Assembly (NCBI GenBank): GCA_003693705.1
Contig: RBZT01000127.1
Coordinates: forward strand, 29,103-93,102
Length of the DNA: 64,000 bases
Direction of reading: 5' to 3'
Source: Polymyxa betae A26-41
Lineage: Eukaryota; Protista; Endomyxa: Phytomyxea
Positions 35,293-48,971 of this stretch are shown here, piece by piece. The notes under the pieces are model-generated. The model saw nothing but the letters and a program-made list of their open reading frames with translations, was not told where the DNA came from and did no database searches. Position 1 is the stretch's first letter. Each line of letters begins with the position of its first letter. The position numbers were made by a program, and so were the translations under genes.

Positions 35293-38200
35293 AGTGAATT
35301 CAATTCATCAATGACTAATGGTGCATCAACTGTTAGAATCATATCAGTTCCACAGAGGACACAATATAACGCAGCATTGTCATTCTTCGGCGACGAACTT
35401 CTTGATTCAGGTTCATCTTCGCCTTCACTATCTGAGTCGAATATCCTGCGACTTCGATTACCTGCACCAAATTCAGCATGCGTTTTTGACACTAACCAGA
35501 ATTATATACTTATCGTCTTTCGAACAGATTTGAGCTCCCTTTGAGAACACGAAGCGTGGAATGTATGATTGCAAGGAAACACGTAGAATAGCGACGAAAA
35601 CAAAGACCGATGACAAATATCGCATGCCTGGTTCCAGGCTCAGTACTTCAATTAGAAGAACATATAAGTGAAACTACCTGATCATGTTTGACATGGACAG
35701 TTCTATTTCGGAGTGACTGGATATCCTTCTTCAGTGCTACAGCTGCAGAGCTTAGAGTCTCCTATTGATTGGTCATCAATGTAAAAAACAATCCACACCA
35801 TTGTAAACAAAATTCTGTACCTGATCATCGTGTAGCATCTTCAAGCGCTCATTATACTGTCGGAGACACGAAACAATTTCTGACCGGAACTCGCCAATTT
35901 TTAGATCATCTGGGAAATAAGGCAACATCTGTCCAGCTCATTTAGAAGAATGACACAACTCATCATGGAAACAAACATCTTCGATTTGAATATGAGGACT
36001 GCATTGCTTGATGAGTTCAATAGCTTCTGGCAACGTTTTCCCATTTTGAATTTGCTCGTTTAGCAAATGTCGGCCGATGGACAGCCATATTGCCTGCGTT
36101 TCGCATGAGATCAAGCAGGAGATATCAAAACGATAGCAAACCTTTCGATCGGAAGCCGAAACTATCGAATTTGTATCTAAAGCTAAAGCAACCTGAAAAG
36201 ATATGAGCAAAAAAACAGCGACATGCTGATATGGCTGACTTGTTTAGCCAGTTGTGGATCAATAGTCAACGCCAAACGAGCTGCATCTGGGAAAAGAGAC
36301 ATCATCTCGTAAAGGCGAACGCAGCATCGGAATTTGCCCTGAGGTTCAGGTTTGATTTAATCAATATAATTATCACCCTTCCTACCTCTTGATGACACAG
36401 TCGTAATGCAAACTTCATGTCAAATTCCGCATCGTCTTCTTGATCATGAAGATAATCGAGCAGCATCTCTTCTTCTACAATACATATCAACATTGCAATC
36501 ATGTCAATACTGGTAAGTGTAACCTGGAAGCTTGACCATTAAGGCAACCATATAGTTATGTAAAATCGGATTTCGGCTTCCATTCTGAATTACGTGGCGC
36601 AGATAGCGAAGAGCAGGAGAAATTTCTCGCCCTTCCAAGGGGGTTTCACAGCGATGCAGTGCAGGCAGTAACCGGACACCATCAAGGACATCGGAAAGCT
36701 ATTTTGTAATGAAATGACTTTGAGCAGGTTTTGATAGTGTTTGGAACGTACTTTGATAAAGGCATCGATGGTAGATTCAGATTCGTGTTGTATAAGTTGT
36801 GGTGCTATTCGATATAGAAGCTGCATAATGCTAGCGTTGTTTTTACAATGACTGACTATCAATTCAAGAGCAGTAGAAATTTTTTGCTGCTCGATGCTGT
36901 AGCGAATAACCCAATCATAAGCGCCAATAATTTCTAAAAACGAATCGGTTTGAATACGTTTCCGAAATCTGTGTTCGTACCGGCATATTGGATTAACTCT
37001 TCAGTTCTTCCATGAGACGATATTAAATCAAATGTGGTGTTTCGATCAAGTGAGTCTCGATAGACAGACAAGAAGTCGATAAACTCTGTTATCAAGTCCT
37101 CATAGACCTAACTCATTTTCAATTCGTAAGGCTTTAAGTCCAGTGGTGACAGACATCATCGTTAAAAGAATCACGAAGCATATTCAGTTTGTCCAAATAG
37201 ATCTCAGTCAACCACGTACAGATCATGGTCCGCTGAGTTAAAAATGTAGACGGAACACTAAAAAACAATCAAACAACAGTAAGTGATAGCAACGGATTTA
37301 ACAGACGAGTCCAGTCGACGTCGAAGAAAATCTTTAAGAGCATCTCGCGACTGTTCTTCTTTAAGGAACATCAAAGCTACGGTCTCAAAAGGGCGTTGCG
37401 ATTGAGAGTAAATGGCGGCTGCCGGTTTATATTCACCTATTGGCAAATAAACACATACATAGCAGATAAATAATGGAGGACCGCGAGCGAATAGATAATC
37501 GCCATGTGCACACAGGACCTGATCTCGCTGAGATGATGTCTGACAGAACTCAAGAGCCTGTGTACATTTTATAGCAAAACCAATAAAGTACTGAAAGCAA
37601 CCTTACACTCCCGAAATCCTTTTTGTTCAAATAATGCAACCAAATATCACGATCCTCTTGGTTGATGATAAACTATGAGATTCGACATTATTGCGAAGCA
37701 AACTACAAGACCATCTTACTTCATGAACTTCAAGTGGCGAGTAAATGACAATGGAGCCAAGTATAGGATCACGCACGATGCCGGCCATTGCACCCGAATA
37801 CTAAATCAGTGCTTGAGGAATTATAAGTGCATGCAGATCGAGTCAATACTTCTGGAAATTTGACACGGTAAACGATGGCTGAATTGAGCTGGTTGTAGCA
37901 CACAAGTCGATAAGGAAATAGTAGAATGAAGTGGAAATGAGTAACAGCCAATCCAACTGGACCTTCCACATCGCTATTTAAATCTGACTGCAAACATAAC
38001 TTAGCTCGGCAGCTGTAGATTATGTCTGTACTATACAGGATATGGAAGCAAATGATAATCAGTTACGACAGTGGTAGATGACTCGTAACGACCATCAAAC
38101 TGCAGTTTGCCATGATAAAGACCACAGCCTACCGATAATCAACTTAAAGGTGTGATATGGACATCTGATATTCAATTACCAGTAAGCCAAGCAACAGTTT

Positions 38201-39128
38201 TGGCACGGCTATCCTCTCGATAAAACTGAAGGGTCGGTTTTGCATTGACATCGCCGAAAAGCTCAATAAACGGCGCTGTGTCGCAAGTAAATAAGGCATC
38301 CAGATGCTTCCCAATATATTCGTATAATCTACAGTAACCAGAATCAATCGCAATGCTCAACAGTCGTCAAAATGGCAACCTTGTCTTAGTAGCACACATA
38401 ATCAGGTAACGATCAGACATAAAACTGTCCATAAACAATTCCATCTCGATTCCATCTATAAGAGCTAAGGCGAGAGGAAATTGGTTGCGATGACTTTACG
38501 AATTGCATTCGATTCAGGGAGCTGATGCACCTTTCGTAGCGATTTTTCTTTGGATACTAAGTTAAGCATATAAATGGCTCCAGAGTCGCACCCAAGGATA
38601 ACGTATTCTAATCTAAATCTAATGTCATTGATCATCGCATTATACTCCAACGGCAGAAACTCTTTGTTATGATAAGGAGGCCAGCAAACACATTGAATAT
38701 TCACATTTCCAGTGCGAATCGGAACAGGTTTTTTCATCAGATCATTGATGTGAAGAAGGATCCCGCCTGAAATCATCAGTAAACAAAAATAACAAAGTAC
38801 AGAGACATAACCCTGAGCTGACACGAGAATATGAAGCGGAGAGGTGGGAGAACACCAAATGTGTTGAACTACAACCTCAGGGCGACGACTGATGACGATA
38901 CTCTATAATGGAAACAGGCTCAGATTATCAGCAAAATACACTTAAAAGCAAGACTACGTTTTGGGCATTACTGCCAAGGTCGTAATTGATGATGTTTCGA
39001 TTTGTAGTAGCAATGTGAAGAGCATTATTGCCAGTCGCCGCATCAACAATATCGCCATCATCTGTTGAATTAGAGCTCTGCCATTGAATTCTTTCCAGGG
39101 TGAACATTGGTGAATCAATACTGGTCAT
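35283..39128 (-). CDS. VPS18: Vacuolar protein sorting 18 (Pep3), multi-exon
   Basis: GLAVTHFHFILL, FETVALMF, FDMKFALRLC, IWLSIGRH, RING (CDIC..FYVFPCNHTFHASC) and terminal CVLCGTDMI. Confidence 0.9.
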
Positions 39129-39682
39129 ATCCTGGTAATTCTATAAGCCAATCGTAACCATGTTCAACCAACAATACTGCAGCGTTTTCTGTCGAAGCAA
39201 AAGACGAATGGCGATGAATCGGTGAAGTAAATTGGGATGATGATGCATTCCTGAGCAAATAAGGAATTATAAAAAGCCAGGGCTAGCCAAACCAAAATAC
39301 CTATTCAAGTTCGGGTTCGGGTAGATATCGCTGTCCCAATTCTCAAACAGCATTTTGCTTTCAGCCAGACAGTGGTTCGAGAGTTGTCTTAGCTGTTAAT
39401 TACGACAATGATTCTATAATAAACAATGGACTGTATCTAATGACTTTCAATGAAAGGGGACACGTATGATATAGACACACAGGTGTCTTAATGAGTCTAA
39501 TCTACCTCTCGGACCATTTATTTCATTGTTCACTTTATACAACCCTACTTGACAGAAGACCGGCCCCCTCTTGCTGTCATCTTTGCAATCATTGCTGTGG
39601 GCTCTTCCATAGTCATTTAGTCGTCTAGTATTGAGCGCTGTCCTTTGCTCAGTCACAATATCATCATAGCTGGCCTCTTGTC

Positions 39683-41028
39683 ATGGATTTCGTAATCATC
39701 GTTGTCTCATATCACTAATTATCAACTCATGGTTTGAGCAGTTTCAATCGATAGCCAATTCCTTCTCGGGGCTGTTTGCTGCCGGGCCGACAGCAACTGG
39801 GCCAGCACGTGCTCCATTTTCTGCTGTTTATAAAGCACTCCCAATGGCATTTGCTGGTAAAGATCATCTCGACATAGGCAATAAGGGTATTTCTCGCGAC
39901 CGAAAGTAGTGCTTCCAAACTGAACGTCGAATAGTCATCTTGCCTCAATCGGCGTTATTAAAACTAAGTTTGTGATCTGCAAGTATCTCGAGTCTTTGTT
40001 ATTGAATACTTTTTGCAGCAAGATTGAATGTTGAATATCCAATGATGTTCACTATGACCAATAATATTACTAATCAGACAACCCATGGTGCAGTGTAAAT
40101 CTTCTTGTGTACCTCTATGCGTATCTGAAGCTGTGATAAGTTGGTGTGATTGAATTTTCAGCTCCGGAAGGCATCGCTTACATTCCACTTTCTGTCATGA
40201 GATCGATCTGCTTAGAGACCGAAGCGCCAGTTTCTTTCTCGAGCATTGGTAATGTTATATATATCTTTGACTCATTACTGATGAATGTATCAGTGCTGCC
40301 CAGAGGAACATATGTTAAGATCCAGCCGCACAAGACAACTTTCATCGAGCTCAGCAATCCGAAAGCAGTTTTAGAACGGTCATTGAGATCATTTTCTTGT
40401 CTAACGGCTGGTGAAACATTTACAATAACGCATGCTAGCACCGAATTCGATATTGATGTCCTACAAGTCAAACCAGATTTATTGGGTGCAATTTCACTCA
40501 TAGATACCGACGTTCAGGTAACCTTAAATAAGTTAAATCCATCTGAACGGGTTTATATAACACTGTGGGTTCATCTCAGGTGGAATTTGAGGCACCCAAG
40601 GATTATGTTGAACCTGCAAAATCCCTTCCATTGCCATCAGCTCAACCAGCACCAATTCCTAGCCAGTCTGTCCTGTACACTGACGGAAAAGCAGAAGAAA
40701 AGAAAACTCCAAAATGTGCTGGTAAGTTTTAAAACGTTTGGGGATTGTGACTTTGCCCACGATTTTAATAGCGTCACCTCTTTCTGAACGTCCTGGCGGT
40801 TATCGTCTGAATGGGCCCTCCCCTGCAATCCCATCTGCGTCGCCATCTCAGCCAGAACCGTCGCCGTCAACTCCTACTACAGCTGGCCGTATAACTGAGA
40901 TCAAAGGACAATGGAAATATACATATGAAGTGGATCCAAAAACTCAACGTCGACGACTTATTCGACGTGATGCTGTGACACCGGCCAAATCTACTAGTTC
41001 TTCAACAAGAGGATATTCTCTGCGATAG
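39683..41028 (+). CDS. UFD1: UFD1-family ubiquitin fusion degradation protein
   Basis: GNKV.LPQS, IEFSAPEG, LPRGTYVKIQP, ELSNPKAVLERSLRSFSCLT, ISLIDTDV. Confidence 0.85.
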
Positions 41029-41075
41029 CTATTTATATATAAATTGGACATTTGCTGAACCGAAAGGATCTCGTC

Positions 41076-42063
41076 ATGTTGTATTGCGAACAACTCGCTG
41101 AAGACGGTTCAGAACAAGGCTGAGCAGCCGAGCCTTGAGAGAGATCGATCCAGAAATCAATTTACATCAGGTCGATCGATGTCACGATTGGTCGGAAAGT
41201 CATGATCATAAATCCGAATTCTGGCGCCTTCATTCTTGAAAGCTCTGACGAAATGGCAATTCATATTTATAACTCACTTTCTGTTATTGATGGTAATTTC
41301 CGTTCGTATCCCATGATCTTGATTTTACAGTTTCGGAATAATTTCCTCAATCTACCTGATGATCTTAAAGTTGATCATGAGGGACCATGGCCGGTAAACA
41401 CATAAACGTGTATCAGCCACGACCTCTCACACTCAATTACAGGTTCGCGGGACCAGCCTTTACGAGTCATTAATGTGGACATCCCAGCCTCGTCGGCTAT
41501 ACCGAAGTCCATTTCGGAAACCTGGATCGCTCTATAACCTGCAACCAACTGTTGAGATCGATTTCAACACAGCTATTGTGTTGCAGCATCGATTCAAGCC
41601 GGAACTGTTTGAGTTGACTAAATCGGCTCTTGCACAGATCGATCTTAAATTGGAAAATCGTCAGCTTATATTGGAGCATTCTCGAGATTGCAAACGTGCG
41701 TCTGTCTGCTTCTTGTTTGCCTGAATTCTGACACTGCTCTTAAACAGCGTTTTCAGTACAGTTACGACCAAGGAAATGGAGCCTGAAGGCGCCTATAACT
41801 ACCCGAATGTTTCAGCAGGAAACCACCAATCAAGACCAAACCATTTGTGCAGCTGAGACAGTAGGGAAATATCCTGTTTGGTTCAAGTCAATGTAAACCG
41901 TCTATTGCAGGCAATAATAAGTATTTTGAAGATGATGCAGAACTTAGGAGCACAACCCTCAAGTCCAGTTCGTCCAACTACTAATATATTTCATACATGC
42001 GGACGTGCATCTGTGGATCGAGTTACAGCTCAAATTGGCACCGCTGAAGAATTCATGGCTTGA
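41076..42063 (+). CDS. Hypothetical multi-exon protein
   Basis: Consecutive same-strand ORFs linked by GT-AG introns; no recognised domain. Confidence 0.45.
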
Positions 42064-42160
42064 CTAACTTCCGCGGTCTTATTAATATTCTGCTGAACGA
42101 AATCAGCATTAAATAAACCTAAACGAACTCAATTATTATCCAAGGAAAATCTTCATGGCT

Positions 42161-42878
42161 TTATTGTTCGAGTTTCTTTGCCTTAAGACCGACATTGTAA
42201 TTATGAACACGAGCGATATTCACCTCCTGGATAGTAATCTGATCCTTAAGAAAGGCTAAATCACAATCTAACGATGAAAACGTCACATTGGCCGATTCCA
42301 GGTTCCGTTTTAGAAGCTCGGCTGCTTCGTCATACGAATACTTCACCATAATATTAGCGCCAATCCATAGATACACAACACCCTATGGCAAATTTAACAT
42401 ATAGCTTCAGATAAGGTTGGACAACAACCAGAGTTGGATCAATATCTGCCTTGCCGAACACATTGTCTGCTAACTTATAATGTGTCTTGACAACAGTCGT
42501 ATCTTCCGCTTTCGATTGCAGCATGGTGATGGAATCGACCGCTTTCCGAATATCAGGAATCTAAACATAACCCATAATCAGAAAGATTTTGAGACAGAAG
42601 GATCCAACGACCTTGTTGAGTAAATCACGTTTCTGTGCTACCAATCGGCTTTCCATGAATTTATATTTGCCATAGAGTTCCGATAGTGATTTCATGACGA
42701 CCTGGATATCTTTAGATCCGATGAAGGCGGCAACATCCTCCTAACGATGACTCAGTTTACAAGAAGTAGAGAGTAATTCAAGACAAACAATGAAGACAGC
42801 GGCAGGTATGTTGCGAGTATTGGTCTGGCTTTGACCAGGATTCAATGGGTCCTGAATCTCGGCTATCTCCATTGTCAT
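42161..42878 (-). CDS. PFDN3: Prefoldin subunit 3 (VBP1)
   Basis: RNIPAAVFIEDV, YGKYKFME, IPDI, YLWIGANIMVKYS, LKDQITIQEVNIARVHN. Confidence 0.95.
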
Positions 42879-45185
42879 TGATACAACAATCTCCGCAGAT
42901 GCTTTGCTCATGTCTTCTTCTCTGTTCTCAATCATCGTTGATCTTTTCTGTAAGGCAATTGTAGGCATCAACGACTCATTAACGACAACTCTCAATGTAA
43001 CCATTAGAATCGCATTTTATTCTGGGCTTTACAAATATTTGCTGGTTGTCGTCCAAGAAAAAGCAATAATATCAGGTCATGCCTACTGATTGAGCAGCAT
43101 TTCTCATAGGCCAATCCAAACGAGTGGTGAAAACGTTTAACCATGTCATTAAAATACGAAAAAAAGATTGCAATACTTGATAAGACTTTGCAAATCTAAA
43201 ACTTGAAACAATTAAAAATTATCGTAAGCTTTTAGCAAAAATACTGTAGACTTCTGGTAAACAGAAATCGGAGCTGGTTTCCAAATCACTGAGATCAGTA
43301 CTCGCTGTTACTATCATTCCGAAATTTGATCGATTTGAATTGTAACTTGCAGGAAGGAACCCCGAAATCTCAAGTCCCTGCCAAAATGCAAGATTTATAA
43401 ACTTGTGATCAAGTAAAGTCAACTGAGTGATTGGGTACAGAAATTCTCTGATGATCCATGTAGTTAAGAACAGCGAATACCTTTGCGACATTTAGATTTT
43501 AAGCACATCGTAGGCTGGTTAGTGTAGCTTGGTCAGCACTTGATCGATTTTGATATTTCAACCTCATCGGGATTACACTGCGAGCTGTGCTCATAATTTA
43601 TCCCAGGCAGTCAATTGCGATTCGGTTGTGCTATGAAAAAACCCCTTACTTAATCGCGAACCTGATTTATAGCTGTTAATGCTCTACTTCAAACGATCTA
43701 AGAATCCGGGCACCGGCAAATAAGAAGACCCTCAATTCTAAACCGATAATGCCAACTGACATCTGGGCTTTTCGCCTTTACCAAGCAATAAAATGCATTA
43801 TGTGAATCTGAGAAATATCGCTGGATTAACGTTTAAGTCTTGCATTGTATCGAAAGCGAGTCCATTTTCACGGAAGGCTAACTGTTCTCGAGTTCGAAAG
43901 TAAGTTCTTAATGCGATTATCATATGGAAATAGTAGTTATGGTTATGCAATCAGCTGTATTTCGAAATAGAATGTGGCTACATTCGGCCGATAATCGCAA
44001 ATTCATTTTAAGATTTGAATAGTCAGCCAACATTGCAATATGACTCAAGTAAACAATGCTGTGGCTCTGCTCGCTGGCACAATGACAGCATTCGGGTTGT
44101 GTCATCTAGTGCAAGGACATTCACATAATCAGCTTAAACAGATTCACTACAAACGACAGGTTACATCAATATATTCATATGGCTGACGGCATCTTAAAGA
44201 ATCACTGTCTAGGTGGCCCTATCGCTGTTCGATAGGAACCTGATTTCAGATCAGGAGTTGTTTCAGATTACAGGTCGCCATCGGCAGAAATCCTCATCTA
44301 ATAACCGGAAACTGAAGGACAATCTGGAATAAAGGACTCAATACTTTCGCTTCCCAGACAGAGCCGTTCGGTTCAATTAACATCCATCTAGAATCATTTC
44401 AGCGCTGCCCGCTATAAACCCTGATAACATGTTTAAACAAGCCACGTATAAATCCAGAATGGTTTAAAGCCAGTATACAGTATTCTGGAACAAGAGACAA
44501 ATGGAAGAAAGTCGAGTAGAGAGAAAGAGAGGCCAAAGACGGAAAATGTGATGAGAGTAACGTTTCTGTATCACCTTACATTGTAAGAAGGCAACCCCTT
44601 CACAAAGCCCAATCCTAAAAACCCATCGATCTATTAGCAATGGTCTTGATTGGGGCCATTATCGTGTGTAGCGCTCTAGGCTCTGGTGTGCTTGGTTTAC
44701 TTATTGGTCAGCCGTGGTCCAGGTTCAGAAACCAGACCGGTACACAGACTACGTTGCTCAGCGTGCATTGCTGATGTATATTAAGCGGATATTAACAAGG
44801 AGAATGAAAGCGAAAGCAACGAGCGACGAGTTTCTAGGAGCCCCTTCTCGCTTCGAACAGTGAATGCTACATTTTTGAAAAACTCAGAAGTTGTCGATGG
44901 TACAGTATGCATATGTAGGCTGGTCAAACACAGAATAAGATCGTTTTAGGGTCCGAAATGGACTCCTTTAGTTTCGAGTCTGCTGGATACGATAATCAAC
45001 AATATTGCAACGTTATTGAAGCGTGAACTATTGATGCCTTTGTCTTGCATAAGTACTCTTAATGAATGATAAATTGTAAAGATAAGATCATCTTTGTGAC
45101 TTTCTTATGGTACAGTTAATCTGTACGAGCAGCGATTCGTTTTCATGCTACTGTAAAACATTGCCTGGTTGAGCAATACCACATC

Positions 45186-45801
45186 ATGGTTGTTAATTCA
45201 ACCTCGAAGAAGATTCTTTTGGCGTTCAATAGCATCACTTTAGTCTTGGTTTGATACCGGCAGAGTAAACAACATACACATGATGATGGTCTCTTAGGGA
45301 GGTGTACTCTTGGGTTTATCAGCAAGAGCTGTGCAAACTTCGACTTTCGATCCTGCAGCAGTTTATGGACTTCTGATCTTCTCAACGTTCGTGTTCTGCA
45401 CAGGGTTCTTAGGATATTTTGGTGCTCGAAACGAATCTCGTTTTCTGCTTTATCTCTACATTATCATAGTCAGCTTTGTAGCTGTGCTAATGCTGATTTT
45501 CTGCGGATTAGCTTTTAAAGCAGCAACTGATAAAGAGGCGCTTGATTCAACTTGGAACAGAATGCCGTATCAACAGAAGCGCGATCTAGCCAGAAAGGTT
45601 GGCATAGATTTGCCCGAATCTGAAGTTGAGGGAAAGCAAATGGTTGACCAAGCTCGTAATCAAGTTGTACAGATAGCACGAACACATCTATATTGGATTG
45701 GAGGAGTGGCCGTTGCAACAGCAACTACACTGTTGTTATCAATTACTTCGGCATGGCATCTCAGGAAAAAGATAGCTGAAAGATCGGCAATTCCAGTTTG
45801 A
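45186..45801 (+). CDS. Tetraspanin-like 4-TM protein lacking the CCG motif
   Basis: TM1 with Asn, GFLGYFGARNESRFLLYLY, EC2 loop, TM4; one intron. Confidence 0.7.
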
Positions 45802-45888
45802 TAAAGAAATCTGCCCGGTTTACATTGCTGAGCACAGTAATTTCTTGCTAGCATTGTTCTGTTATCGGCAATGAAAATCAGGATTGGT

Positions 45889-46566
45889 TTAGATAGTCAC
45901 CTTGAGTGGAATGCTGTATTCCTTATCGCCAATCTTGGCATATATCTCTTGGACTTGGACAGATACGATTGGACCATCAGTAAGACTATCAATGAGTTGC
46001 GCGATCGCTCGGTAATGGTCACCAGCGATCCATGCAAATGTTGAATGAGCAATAGCTGGATTGTAATACACTGGTAATCCAAAGCGCTCCATGCAATGGT
46101 CGATTTTCGCAATGATAGATTCAACTTGCTCTGGATTTGATACAAGTAAAGAAAGAAATGTTCGTGTTCGCTCCTCATTGATAAAAACAGCAAACTTTTG
46201 AAGACTAACTTGAAATTGAACCATATCTCCAACAACAGATGCAACAGCAGACAGAAGAGGCTGAATCTCATGCTTTCGCAATGTGAAAGTTTTGGTAAGC
46301 GAAATATGCCTATCTTCTTCTGGCACTAAGTTGAGGTCTTGGTATTGAGCATCATGCTTAAAGACGGAACGAATATAAAGAGACGAAGGGTAATTTCCTT
46401 GAAAATGAGGAAATGATCTGACACGGGCACAATGCTTTTCCGGTCTGTCTATCCAAGGGTCTGAACCTCCATATTTGACGTGAAGTGGAATCGGCAATGT
46501 TTGTATTTTCACAGACCGATCGTCGACTTCGCCATCGGATGCATACAGGTGTTGAAACTGTTCCAT
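45889..46566 (-). CDS. USB1: U6 snRNA phosphodiesterase
   Basis: RVRSFPHFQGNYPS, HISL, NEERTRTFL, FGLPVYY..AHSTFAW (two HxS/T motifs). Confidence 0.93.
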   Translation of the reverse strand: MEQFQHLYASDGEVDDRSVKIQTLPIPLHVKYGGSDPWIDRPEKHCARVRSFPHFQGNYPSSLYIRSVFKHDAQYQDLNLVPEEDRHISLTKTFTLRKHEIQPLLSAVASVVGDMVQFQVSLQKFAVFINEERTRTFLSLLVSNPEQVESIIAKIDHCMERFGLPVYYNPAIAHSTFAWIAGDHYRAIAQLIDSLTDGPIVSVQVQEIYAKIGDKEYSIPLKVTI

Positions 46567-47785
46567 TGACCTTTGTCTGCGAGCAGAACAATGCATGCGC
46601 AAAAATTCCGGCTCCGAGAATCGAAAAAGTTACCAATATTTACATACGCATCGCATTAGAAAGGCATCCCCCAGAGTCATCTGATTTTCTCTCAAATTTT
46701 AAGCATTTTCACTCACATGTTAGACTGGTTTATCACGTCTCTTTTGAGTGAACTGTGCAGCAACTGTAACGTTAATGACGCTTCTCCCGCCAACGATATA
46801 TCGCTCCATCAGCAATCTTCACAAGAACAGTAAGACGCCCCGCCGCGACTCACATCCTAACGTACTAAGATGAAAAGATGGATGGATGAAGTCGGATGCC
46901 GAGCCCATTTGTGTCCGCGATGAGGAGAAAAAATCGCGGAATCCTGTGTCTTTTTTGTTTCTGCGCTGGGAGCCTTGGATGGTCTGCGAATGTGGATTCG
47001 TCAGGTTGTAGCATAGAGATATTCCGATGTCATTGGCGGCCGGGCGGCGTACTGTTCTTGTGCAGATTGCTGCGGAAGCGATATATCGCTGGCGGGAAAA
47101 GCGCTATTAACGTTACAGCGGCTGCATTGTTCGCTCAAAAAAGATGTGATAACTCAGCCTCAACATGTGAGTAAGAATGCTTAAACCTGTAATGAGAGAA
47201 AATTATTGAATAGTGAATGGTCATAAATGTGACAATGGGTTAAGCGATGAGCCATTCAATGTCGTGGGGCACAACATTGGATTATGACACAGTACTGGGT
47301 TTAAAGGGTCTTTGAGAATTCGATGACGGCGTGCGTACGGCGATAACTGCGGCTTCGTGAAACTCCTCTCTCTTTCCGAAAACGTCTGTTTCGCCCTGAA
47401 TCCGCCGTTTCGCCAAATCTGCCGTGTTTGGTAACCATGCCACAGTTCCGTTTCGTTCGACAAACCGGGGTTTTAAAGGATGTCAGACTCCCGTTTCGCT
47501 TGCGTTCTCGTCACGATTCACACTTTGTACTTCGATTTTTGCAGAATAAACCGCCGTTTGGTGGCAGTGTTTGTCAACGAATCCGTTGAGAAAACCGCAG
47601 TTTTTTTTAAAATGCTGTGGATAAAGCGGAAGGTAGGAAAACAGCTGGTTTTGGAAGCGTGGTTACCAAACGCAATCTTTATGCTTTGTCACTTTTGTGT
47701 GTGAAATTGCGCGCCACGCCTACCTCATGATAAATTTTCTCATACGTATTTATGTTGTGGACGTGGTTGAAATTTACCTCATCGT

Positions 47786-48946
47786 ATGCCACCGCATCGT
47801 CCAGCACCTGCACAGACTGCTGGATCTCCATGTCTGACACCGAATCAAGCAAATTTAAGGGTGCTGCTAGACGATGTGGGCAGAGGAATCCGGGAGCGGC
47901 TTAGCTCCGAGTTATGCAATAGTGTTGATTGGGATCCTGATTCCTCCAATGGCTCTCGTTTGAAGAAGACAATCCTCGATGCCATGTACACCTTCTACTC
48001 AAAACGAACCCGGCGGCTTAGCAACGAGCTTCCTTTTTCTGAAAAGTTAGACAACGGATTCTCTGCGAACGGCGATCATGCAGACGATGACGAAGCGCTG
48101 CCCATTGAGCTACTAAGCCCCAGGCCTCTATCCCCATGCAACGTTCTGGAGGAGAAAATCTCGAGTGATAATGCCCATGACACGGCAGTGAGTAAGGGGC
48201 TCCCGGATCCAGTGCTTCGTGATGTCTCTGTTGGTTCTCCTCGATCCATTGACAGCAGTCATTCTGCATTCAATGTTGCATGCGATGAACGACAGTCTGA
48301 AATATCAGAGGAAGTGAGCGTGCAAATTGCACTAACAAGCGATGGTTAAAGCTTCAATGTCGTTATATCAATTCCCTTATCTTTATCATAGGTTTCCGTG
48401 GTCAAGGTATCAGGCCATTTCCAGCACCGTTGGACGGTACATGTATGTAAATCTGCTGATTCTGTTTGCATTCTCATAAACTGACTTTCGGCAGTAAACG
48501 CCGAGGAAATAGCCTCCTATATTCGTCGTCATTGGAAGCATCAAGCATCATGCCAATTACGTGCGTCCCATTTAAATTTATTTGACAATTTGTTAGGGAT
48601 GTATAACCAATGGTAAACGCTTTCGCCCTTTGAACTTTGCCAAGAACTAACTAGTTCAGGACAACCCCAATTCGTGTAAAGACGCTTAATATTCTGCCAG
48701 ATGGACGTCGGTTGCTGCAGATTGAGATTATAGGTCTTGACCTGAATGTATCCAATTCTCCATTAAGCGGTACGACAATACTCTACTTGTGAACAGACAT
48801 CAACCCTGACAATGTCTAGGACCTGGCCCCTTTTCGAACCCCAGGCGCAAATCCAGGCAGTCGCTATCTTCTTTTGAGTCCAGAAGAGAATACGAGAATT
48901 TTGATGATATATTAATTTAAGTAATAGTTTAAATAGAATTAGTTAA
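47786..48946 (+). CDS. Hypothetical multi-exon protein
   Basis: 187-aa first exon plus downstream GT-AG-bounded exons; family not recognised. Confidence 0.45.
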
Positions 48947-48971
48947 GAACGAAAGCCAACTCAAATTTTCA

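Noticed and set aside
35283-35492. YCVLCG peptide initially resembling the start of STEEP1/CXorf56
   Set aside because: Fits the conserved VPS18 C-terminal CxxCG..MI motif and splices to the VPS18 RING exon
43219-44105. Minus-strand ORF pieces upstream of PFDN3
   Set aside because: May be a gene, but no consistent exon chain or family could be supported
44218-44255. Two adjacent 6-7 bp hairpins as a possible ncRNA
   Set aside because: Stems are too short and no RNA family motif is recognised
47426-47671. 12-bp inverted pair GTTTGGTAACCA / TGGTTACCAAAC as MITE ends
   Set aside because: Short, with no target-site duplication or second copy in the window
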